The notes beneath the pieces are model-generated. The model saw only the letters and a list, made by a program, of their open reading frames with translations. It ran no database searches and was not told the DNA's origin. Positions 18,740 to 26,025 of a stretch of DNA of 64,000 nt are shown in pieces. Positions within the stretch are counted from its first letter, which is position 1. Each line of letters opens with the position of its first letter. Made by a program: the position numbers and the translations under genes. Source of the stretch: Lachnospiraceae bacterium (lineage in GTDB: Bacteria; Bacillota; Clostridia; Lachnospirales; Lachnospiraceae); NCBI GenBank assembly GCA_017552715.1, contig JAFZOW010000129.1, positions 14,954 to 78,953 of the forward strand, written 5' to 3'.

Positions 18740-21619
18740 TCAGATCTTTATGCTTATCTCACGGCTGATCTTTTTCTCCTGTTTCTTTCCGCGGCTCTGC
18801 ACCACGATGGTACGGTCGTGATAACGGAGCACAAAAAGTGCCGGGATACGCAGGCAAAGTGTGTCTGTTTCGCACTGTTCCAGCAGCTCCCTGGAGATAC
18901 GTACCAGGAATGCCTTTCCCTTTTCGGAACGTATGCTCAGGCGTCCCAGGCGCTTCTTCCTGCCGTCGGGGCAGACCGTATCCACCTCCGCCATGGCAAA
19001 AAGGTAGACCAGTCCGGCATAGGCACCGACGATGCCGCCCAGGCCTCCCACGGTCACCGCGCCCACCGTGGCAACCCTGCGGATGACCGGCATATTCCCG
19101 CTCTCCTCCCTGCTTTTTTTACCCCCTTCTCCGGGGCTTTCTTCCTTCACCGGAGCAGTCCCGCTTTCCTCCTGCGGGCCTTCGGCCACCGTGATGACCG
19201 GCTCCGCTTCTTCCGGCCCGCTCTCCTCATCCTCGTCTTCCTCGCTGTCGGGGATCACGGTCCTTTGCTGCGGCAGGAGCTCCTCATCCTCCTCTTCACG
19301 TTCGGTCCCGGCAGCAGCTGTGTTGCCTGTATTTCCCGCCCGCAGCGTTCCGGCACTTCCCGCAAGAGGCCTTTTTTCTCTTATGACGATCCCGTTACCG
19401 CTGACGCTGTTGTCACTGACAGTATTATCACTGACGGAATCATCGTTTTTTCCCTCCTCTTCGGGGGGCGTCGTTACCTTATCCCCGTCCTCATCATCGG
19501 CGCCGGGGGTCCTTCCCTGCTCTCCGGGTGCGGGATCGCCGCTCTCTCCATTACCGCCGTTTTCTTTTTTCTCCCGTTCCTTTCTTTTTCTCTCCCGTTC
19601 TTCCCTTTCCTTCTTTTCCTTTTCCTTACGTTCCTTTTCTTCCTGCTCCTGACGCTCTTTTTCTTCCTGTTCCTGACGTTCCTTCTCTTCCTGTTCTTTA
19701 CGTTCTTTCTCTTCCTGTTCTTTACGTTCTTTCTCTTCCTGCTCCTGACGTTCCTTCTCTTCCTGTTCTTTACGTTCTTTCTCTTCCTGTTCCTGTCGTT
19801 CTTTCTCTTCCTGTTCCCGGCGTTCCTTTTCTCTTCTTTCCTTCTCCTTATCCTCATCCTCACGGTTTTTCAGCTCATGGCTGCGAAGAGTGAGCATGGG
19901 CCGCTCCGTATCCCAGCGCCAGAGCCCCGTGGGCCTGCCGTATGCGTCAAACACGCATTCATCCTCCAGGTAATAGCCGTCAAATGCCGTATTTTTACCC
20001 AGTTCGGGAACGCTTACCGCGGGATAGCTCTCTCCGTAGACTACCGTAAGCTGCTCATCCGGGACACCGTCTCCGTCCCCGTCGGGTCCGTAATACACGG
20101 TATAGCTCCGGGCCGCCCATTTCGGCTCCAGTGTGTAATCCCCTTCCTCCAGGGAAGGCTTCCACTTTCCGGCAGGCTTTCCGTCCCTGTCATAGGCATC
20201 CACGCCGTCCACCTCATAGCCGTCAAATTCATAGCCCTTTCTGCCTTCAGGCTCTCCCGGCCGGATATCCGGGATCTCATCACCGTAACGCAGCTCCATC
20301 ACTTCGTCGGGCAGCCCGTCCCCGTCGGCATCCTCGCCGTAACGGATCTTCCAGATCTTGTCATGCCAGCGTCCGTCAAGCTCCACTTCACCCAGCTCGA
20401 AAAGCTCGGGCAGCTCTCCCCGGGGCTGTCCCTCACTGTCATAGATCAGGCGCTCCCCGTAAAAATAGCCGTCAAAGGCCTTTCCTTCCCGTTCCGCGGG
20501 CGGGCTGAGGGGCGGAAGCTCATCTCCGTATTCGATCTCGATCACGTTCCCGGCTCCGGCAGTGATACGGTATTTTCTGACAGACCATTTCTCCCGGAGT
20601 ATCAGGGTCTCCCCCTCCGGCAGCTCCGTCCATATCCCCACAGCCGCCGCATTCTCGTCATACAGCTTCTTATCTCCGATATAATAACCCTCAAAGAGGA
20701 AGCCCGGCCGCTCCCCGGGAACCGTCAGCCCCAGCGCCGGCGGTGCCTCGTTATAGACCAGCTCGCTCACCGAATCCGGGAGCCCGTCTCCGTCCCCGTC
20801 GCTGCCATAATAGAAGGAGAAACGCAGCGCTTCCCAGGAGGCCTGCAGATCCAGTACGGCCCGGCTCAGGGGCCTTGTCCCTTTTCCCACAGGCCGGCCC
20901 TCCTCATCATGGTACTGTTCTTCTCCCGCATAATACCCTTTGAACACGTAACCGCGTCTTTGGGGGACCTCCACCGCACTCAGGCTTTCACCCGCTTCCA
21001 GCTCCGAGCTCTTTAAAAGCGCTCCCTCGCTGTAATACCTTACGGTAGCAGGCAGGGACAGCTCGGTGTAGGAAAGGGATTCCTCCTTCCAGCTTTTCAG
21101 CTTTGAATCGTAGTAGCGGAGCGTAGCATGAAAGGTTCCTCTTTCCCGGACCGGAAGTACGCTCTTTCCATCGCTTTCATAGGCTCCCTCCGCGTCCCAG
21201 CTTATCTCGTACTCTGTGATCGCCTCCGACTTTGACGAGATCCCGGCGATCAGATCCACCTCTCTGCCGTAGAGTGCCCTTTCGATATAAAAACTTCCAA
21301 GATAATGCTCCGTACAGGTCAGCTGATCCACATAATCGCCGTCATGAACGGGTCCCACGGTTCCCAGTATACGTTTTCCGCAACGGTTGCAGACCCATAC
21401 ATCCGTACTGGGAGATGTAAAAGATCCTCCGCATTTTTTGTATACGGGAGAGTAACATCCCGTATACCGGTCTCCGTGGACATGATAAAGAGGGGCAGAT
21501 ACCGTGCCCAAAGTCTGCACCGGGTCATCTTCGGCCCTGGCGCACATGGGCGGGTGCATCCCGAAAAGGATGCTCATACAGATCAGACAACATAAGATTC
21601 TTTTTTTTACCATTCTCAC
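18740..21619 (-). CDS. large cell-surface protein: signal peptide, Cys-rich module, 5-6 Listeria-Bacteroides (InlB B-type) repeats with DGDGxPD motifs, E/K/R-rich helical stalk, acidic disordered region, TM anchor and short cytoplasmic tail
   Basis: 959 aa. The signal peptide is MRMVKKRILCCLICMSILFG.... There are recurrent G(Y/F)xFxGYY...YDxxGxP units, each following YGxDxDGDG(L/V)PD. The EEKER(Q/K)EQ unit occurs about 9 times. The TM segment is VATVGAVTVGGLGGIVGAYAGLVYLFA. GTG start with AGGAGG 8 nt upstream. Confidence 0.8.
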   Translation of the reverse strand: MRMVKKRILCCLICMSILFGMHPPMCARAEDDPVQTLGTVSAPLYHVHGDRYTGCYSPVYKKCGGSFTSPSTDVWVCNRCGKRILGTVGPVHDGDYVDQLTCTEHYLGSFYIERALYGREVDLIAGISSKSEAITEYEISWDAEGAYESDGKSVLPVRERGTFHATLRYYDSKLKSWKEESLSYTELSLPATVRYYSEGALLKSSELEAGESLSAVEVPQRRGYVFKGYYAGEEQYHDEEGRPVGKGTRPLSRAVLDLQASWEALRFSFYYGSDGDGDGLPDSVSELVYNEAPPALGLTVPGERPGFLFEGYYIGDKKLYDENAAAVGIWTELPEGETLILREKWSVRKYRITAGAGNVIEIEYGDELPPLSPPAEREGKAFDGYFYGERLIYDSEGQPRGELPELFELGEVELDGRWHDKIWKIRYGEDADGDGLPDEVMELRYGDEIPDIRPGEPEGRKGYEFDGYEVDGVDAYDRDGKPAGKWKPSLEEGDYTLEPKWAARSYTVYYGPDGDGDGVPDEQLTVVYGESYPAVSVPELGKNTAFDGYYLEDECVFDAYGRPTGLWRWDTERPMLTLRSHELKNREDEDKEKERREKERREQEEKERQEQEEKERKEQEEKERQEQEEKERKEQEEKERKEQEEKERQEQEEKERQEQEEKERKEKEKKEREERERKRKEREKKENGGNGESGDPAPGEQGRTPGADDEDGDKVTTPPEEEGKNDDSVSDNTVSDNSVSGNGIVIREKRPLAGSAGTLRAGNTGNTAAAGTEREEEDEELLPQQRTVIPDSEEDEDEESGPEEAEPVITVAEGPQEESGTAPVKEESPGEGGKKSREESGNMPVIRRVATVGAVTVGGLGGIVGAYAGLVYLFAMAEVDTVCPDGRKKRLGRLSIRSEKGKAFLVRISRELLEQCETDTLCLRIPALFVLRYHDRTIVVQSRGKKQEKKISREISIKI
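19625..19835. repeat. in-frame 24-bp tandem repeat (~9 units) encoding EEKER(Q/K)EQ inside the surface-protein gene
   Basis: On the + strand the units ttccttctcttcctgttctttacg / ttctttctcttcctgctcctgacg alternate, giving a 48-bp higher-order period. Confidence 0.85.
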
Positions 21620-21986
21620 GACTGTTTCCTCCTGTTACTTGTTGGAGGACAGCCGGTCAATATGCTTTTACCGAATCATGTAGTCGTTTTATTTGTGTAG
21701 CATCAAATATATCATGTGCGCTCCCATCTGTCCACATTTTTTTTCGGGATCCAGGGCTGCTTCTGTCAACCGGTTAACGGAAGGAATTTATGTTTGCAGC
21801 CTCTCTCCCTCCGGATCGGCTCCGATCTTTCGGAGGATATTGGGGCCGCGAATTATTCTAATCAGGATTTAATGCCTGAATTCACATGTTATGAACAATT
21901 TGGTCATCTCTTGACCCGACGCAAATCTACCTGTTTATTTTTTCTTTATATTTCTCCAAATCCACGATTTTCAGGCCTCAAAAGAA

Positions 21987-22439
21987 TTGACATAACGCTT
22001 TTTCACTTCCGATGATCCGGGATCGGTCCTGAGAGCTGACCGGATTTTTCACTCGGTCTATGTCAACTCGGTTCTCCGTATATGAAAACATAAGTATTTT
22101 AGTGGGTATTTTATGTAAATGAATTTCTTTTTTTGCTGATTTACATAATCATTTTACTGCCCTTGGGAAGCAATGTTGACATAAATTCGGATTTCCGATT
22201 TTTGTTACATAATTGCTAAATTGTGATCAGCTGTTCTTATGTGAACTTTCTAAATATCGTATTTGACTGTACTGAGTATTTATACCGGTCAAGTGTTTGT
22301 CTATTCGTAAAATAACAAAAATTATAAAGCCTTTTCTCAATTTTCCACTTTACATAAAATTCTGAGCTTCTCATATCACTTTGTCTCTTCTTTTCCATGT
22401 AGATTACATAAGTCTATTATGGCTTATTCGTTCACATAA
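21987..22439. repeat. cluster of 10 copies of the 8-mer TNACATAA in an AT-rich gene-free island (iteron- or operator-like)
   Basis: 9-mer windows containing + strand copies start at 21987, 22140, 22176, 22204, 22349, 22403 and 22431. Windows containing - strand copies start at 22058 (TGACATAG), 22111 and 22237. Three copies share the extension ACATAAA(A)TTC. Confidence 0.6.
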
Positions 22440-22493
22440 ATTCCGCTCCCGAGTCCCCGTCCTTTCCTCCTCTTCGGGCAGTCGCATGAGTAA

Positions 22494-22955
22494 AAAACAG
22501 ACTGCAGAGAGGAAAAAGCGGTCCCCAGACAAAGAGCGACCCGGGATCCGGGAAAAAGGAGGAGGAAAAAGCTCAAAAAAGAGGAGCAGCCGGGGCGGAA
22601 AGAAATACAGGATCAAAAAAGGGAGGGAAAGGAAGAAACTGAAGAAGCGGGAAAAGTGAAAAAAAAAGAAGGAGAAGTACAGGAGCAGAGGAAACAGGAA
22701 AATAGACAAAAAAAAGAAGAAGACAGGGGAGAAGATCTGAGAAAAAAGAGAGGATAGGGAAGAAGATCAGGGTAAGGAGACCGGGAAAAAAGAGAAAAGA
22801 GGAGAACAACGGATTCAGGGAGGCCAGGCAAAAAGAAACCAAACAGAGAAAAAACGGACTGGAGAAAGCAGTAAAAAGAGATAAAAAGGAAACGGTATCA
22901 GCCGGCTCAGAAAAATAGAGGATGAGCTTGGAAAAAAGACAAAAAAAGAGGGGGA
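22494..22955 (+). other. ~460-nt polypurine (A/G) tract, non-coding
   Basis: By my hand count, about 82 percent of the + strand is purine over 22501-22960, and about 87 percent (with about 5 percent T) over 22561-22800. Stop codons are present in every + frame. A pyrimidine run (ccgtcctttcctcctcttc, 22457-22475) lies just upstream. Confidence 0.7.
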
Positions 22956-22967
22956 CAAGCCCCCTCT
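22935..22967 (-). terminator. rho-independent terminator of clpX
   Basis: The minus strand reads AGAGGGGG-cttgt-CCCCCTCT followed by TTTTTTTGTCTTTTTT, directly after the TGA at 22969-22971. Confidence 0.85.
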
Positions 22968-22968
22968 C

Positions 22969-24435
22969 TCAGCCCCTGAGTTCGATCAGGGGCGCCCCTT
23001 TTCCTTCCAGATAGTCCCGGGTAATGGTCACGGTACCGATGTTATGGTCCTTGGGAACCTCGTACATGATGTCGATCATATGCTCATCCAGTATGGAGCG
23101 CAGGGCACGGGCGCCGGTCTCCTTCTTCAGGGCTTTTTCGGCGATGTATTCCAGCGCATCGTCGGTGAAGACCAGCTTCACTTCGTCCAGCTCCAGAAGC
23201 TTCTGATACTGCTTCAGTATGGCATTTTTCGGCTCTTTCAGGATACGGATCATCATATCCCTGTCCAGCCCCTCCAGAGCGAAGACCATGGGCAGACGTC
23301 CCACAAATTCCGGGATCATCCCGAACTTCCTTATATCCTCGGTCTCCACCTCTTTCAGTATGGTCAGATCCTTCTCATCCGGATTCTTCACCTCTGCATG
23401 GAAACCTATGCCGGAAGTCTTGTTAAGTCGTCTTTTGATGATCTCTTCTATCCCCGGGAAAGCTCCTCCGCAGATAAAGAGTATATTCCGGGTGTTCATG
23501 CTGGTGGTAGGTACCATGGCATTCTTTGAGGAAGCCCCCACAGGCACCTCTATATCCGCCCCCTCCAGCAGCTTCAGCAGCCCCTGCTGCACCGATTCCC
23601 CGCTCACATCCCGGGAATTGGTATTCTGCTTCTTGGCGATCTTATCGATCTCGTCGATATACACGATCCCCTGCTCCGCCCGGTCCAGATCATTATCCGC
23701 CGCTGCCAGCAGCTTGCTGAGCACGCTTTCGATATCATCACCGATATAACCGGCTTCCGTCAGGGTGGTAGCATCCGTCACCGCCAGGGGCACGTCCAGT
23801 ATACGGGCCAGCGTACGTACCAGATAAGTCTTTCCGCAGCCGGTAGGCCCCAGCATCAGCATATTGGATTTTTCTATCTCTATCTCATCCATGGTGTGGG
23901 TGGCCACACGTTTATAATGGTTATAAACAGCCACGCTCATAACCCGTTTGGCCTGCTCCTGACCCACCACATATTCGTCTAATTTAGATTTGATAACATG
24001 AGGTGCCGGTATATCCTTAAGCTCGATCAGAGGCTTATACTCCGACTTGTCCCTCTTCTTTACCTTCTGTCTGTTCCCGAAGCCGAAATCAAACGGGAAG
24101 TCCGTAAGCTTGATAAAATTGACCTTTGGGCCATTTTTTAAATCTTGATTATCCTTCTTTTCTTCTTTTGTTGAATCTTCTTTTAACTCTTTACTCTCTT
24201 TGTCTTCCTCTTTTTTCTCCGTTGTATTACCGGAGTTAGGACCGTACATCCCCATCACCTTTCCCCAGTCGATGGCACCGGCCCCGTTCATATTCCCCAT
24301 CTGGGACTCAACCATGTCTGCGGTCTTGTCCATACAATCCTGACAGAGATAAACGTTCATAGGCAGCCGGATGAGTTTCCCGGCTGCCTCTTCAGTTCTG
24401 CCACACATTCCACAAATCTTGATCTGATCGTCCAT
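22969..24435 (-). CDS. clpX: ATP-dependent Clp protease ATP-binding subunit ClpX (canonical, with an N-terminal zinc finger and a long linker insertion)
   Basis: Zinc-binding domain CGMCGR...LCQDCMDK, Walker A LGPTGCGKT, pore-1 AGYIGDD, Walker B IVYIDEIDKI, IGF loop TSGIGFHA, sensor-2 TGARALR. About 85 extra residues, partly K/E-rich, lie between the zinc-binding domain and the AAA+ module. Confidence 0.95.
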   Translation of the reverse strand: MDDQIKICGMCGRTEEAAGKLIRLPMNVYLCQDCMDKTADMVESQMGNMNGAGAIDWGKVMGMYGPNSGNTTEKKEEDKESKELKEDSTKEEKKDNQDLKNGPKVNFIKLTDFPFDFGFGNRQKVKKRDKSEYKPLIELKDIPAPHVIKSKLDEYVVGQEQAKRVMSVAVYNHYKRVATHTMDEIEIEKSNMLMLGPTGCGKTYLVRTLARILDVPLAVTDATTLTEAGYIGDDIESVLSKLLAAADNDLDRAEQGIVYIDEIDKIAKKQNTNSRDVSGESVQQGLLKLLEGADIEVPVGASSKNAMVPTTSMNTRNILFICGGAFPGIEEIIKRRLNKTSGIGFHAEVKNPDEKDLTILKEVETEDIRKFGMIPEFVGRLPMVFALEGLDRDMMIRILKEPKNAILKQYQKLLELDEVKLVFTDDALEYIAEKALKKETGARALRSILDEHMIDIMYEVPKDHNIGTVTITRDYLEGKGAPLIELRG

Positions 24436-25809
24436 TCAATTCGTCCTTCCTAATGAACTCCGGTCTCCCAGAGTAAGCTCCAGGGTCATATCTTTATATC
24501 GGTTTCCGTCGGGACGCTTGATCTCCACTTCCACCGTATCGCCCACGCGATAGTACATCAGCAGTCTCTGCAATCCTTCCATGGAGGTAACGGTCTCACC
24601 GTCCAGAGCCGTGATGTAATCACCGCGCTGCATGCCTGCCAGATCCGCCGGCGAACCATCGTTCACATTTGCCACATACACCCCTTCCGGATATCCGTAG
24701 AGCATGATCTCCTGCTGGGTCACGGTAGCACCGGTGATACCAAGATAACCTCTCTCATCTTCCGATACCAGAGTACGGGTGGTCTTCTGCATCAGCTCTT
24801 CGATGATGGGTTTTGCGGCGGAGATGGGGATCGCATAGCCCATACCCTCTACAGTGGATCCGCCGATCTTACTGGAATTGATCCCGATCACTTCACCGTT
24901 GATATTTAAGAGTGCACCGCCGGAATTTCCGGGGTTGATGGCTGCATCTGTCTGGATAAAGGTACCCGTGATATTTTCCACGGTCATCTCGCGGTTGAGG
25001 GCGCTGATGACACCTGTGGTCACCGACTGGCCATAACCCAGGGCATTACCGATGGCAATGGCGGGTTCTCCAACCTTAAGGGCATCGGAATCACCCATAC
25101 GGGCAACTTTGATGGAATTCAGGGTGGAATCCGAGATATCATCCATAGCTACGGCGATCACAGCCAGATCCCTCTGGGAATCCGTCCCCTTAACCAGGGC
25201 AGTCGCTTCGGAACCGTCCGTAAAGCATACTTTCAGGCTTTCATTATCAGCCACCACATGATAATTGGTCACCAGCAACAGTTCCTCGGAATTGGAACCG
25301 ATGATTATACCGGAACCGCTGGACTCACTGGGCATGGTATAGTAAAAGTAATTGACCGTGCTCTCATTGGTGATGGATACGATAGCGGGCATCACCTGCT
25401 CTACCACATTGGTAACATCTGTAACGACCGTGGTAGCGGAAGTACTGGCTGCGGGCATGGCAACCGCTTCCGAGATCACTTCTGCCCTTTCGGCTTTTTC
25501 CTTATCCGTATACTCCGTATATGCTCCGCGCTCGCCTCCGTTCCCGATGCCCATATCCAGCCCCAGCAGACTGCCGGCCTGCTGTACCAGATAGAGCCCG
25601 GCTCCCGCAAACAGTCCGAAGAAGAGACCAACGGCCGCTGCCAGACAGATCTTGGAGAATACTCCTGATTTTTTCTTTTTCGGCGCAGCCTGTACCGGAG
25701 CCTGCGCAGGATTTACCGCAGTATACTGCCCATATCCGTTCCCGCCCGTGCGGTCACCGTACATGCCATTGTTACTGCCATATTCGTTGTTCCCATTCTC
25801 TCCATACAT
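24436..25809 (-). CDS. htrA: HtrA/DegP-family serine protease (S1C) with an N-terminal G/N/Y-rich cytoplasmic tail, TM anchor and C-terminal PDZ domain
   Basis: Active-site region TDAAINPGNSGGALLN, His region TNYHVV, and PDZ region GYLGI...GSPADLAGMQRGDYI. Its stop TGA is immediately followed by the ATG of clpX. Confidence 0.9.
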   Translation of the reverse strand: MYGENGNNEYGSNNGMYGDRTGGNGYGQYTAVNPAQAPVQAAPKKKKSGVFSKICLAAAVGLFFGLFAGAGLYLVQQAGSLLGLDMGIGNGGERGAYTEYTDKEKAERAEVISEAVAMPAASTSATTVVTDVTNVVEQVMPAIVSITNESTVNYFYYTMPSESSGSGIIIGSNSEELLLVTNYHVVADNESLKVCFTDGSEATALVKGTDSQRDLAVIAVAMDDISDSTLNSIKVARMGDSDALKVGEPAIAIGNALGYGQSVTTGVISALNREMTVENITGTFIQTDAAINPGNSGGALLNINGEVIGINSSKIGGSTVEGMGYAIPISAAKPIIEELMQKTTRTLVSEDERGYLGITGATVTQQEIMLYGYPEGVYVANVNDGSPADLAGMQRGDYITALDGETVTSMEGLQRLLMYYRVGDTVEVEIKRPDGNRYKDMTLELTLGDRSSLGRTN

Positions 25810-25824
25810 GCTGATACACTTCCT

Positions 25825-25898
25825 TTCACATTATCTTCCGGGGCTTTTCCCCTTTCTATGAAGCTCATTCTAGCCCCGTTTTGTGAAGATAATGTGAA
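25825..25898 (-). promoter_or_regulatory. nested inverted repeat in the htrA upstream/leader region, containing TGTGAA-N5-TGTGAA
   Basis: The 14-bp perfect arms ttcacattatcttc (25825-25838) and gaagataatgtgaa (25885-25898) enclose a 7-bp GC pair, cggggct (25839-45) and agccccg (25872-78). The distal arm extends to TGTGAAgataaTGTGAA. The RBS (GAAAGGAAG) abuts the proximal arm. Confidence 0.5.
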
Positions 25899-26025
25899 GT
25901 AAAAATGCTGATTTTGTGTAATTACTGTTATTCATGATGCCCTCGGATCGCTCCGCAGCTTCAATGCTCCCGCAATCCCGCGAACATTCGCAATCCGCTG
26001 AAATGCTTGCTGCACAAGCATTTCG

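Noticed and set aside
19590-19860. Regular short repeats that could be mistaken for a CRISPR array.
   Set aside because: The units are contiguous 24-bp in-frame repeats with no spacers, inside a long ORF encoding EEKER(Q/K)EQ. There are no cas genes.
21620-22440. An AT-rich island with repeated 8-mers, considered as a chromosomal origin (DnaA-box cluster).
   Set aside because: The motif TNACATAA does not match the DnaA box TTATCCACA/TGTGGATAA (about 5 of 8 at best). No dnaA, dnaN or rpmH gene is adjacent.
22381-22842. ORFs in the polypurine tract: 22381..22659 (+, K/R/G-rich) and 22404..22709, 22573..22842 and 22613..22831 (-, F/L/S/P-rich).
   Set aside because: They are pure composition artefacts of a purine/pyrimidine-skewed tract. 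They overlap one another in several frames. The + ORF starts with TTG in AT-rich DNA, and none has domain-like sequence.
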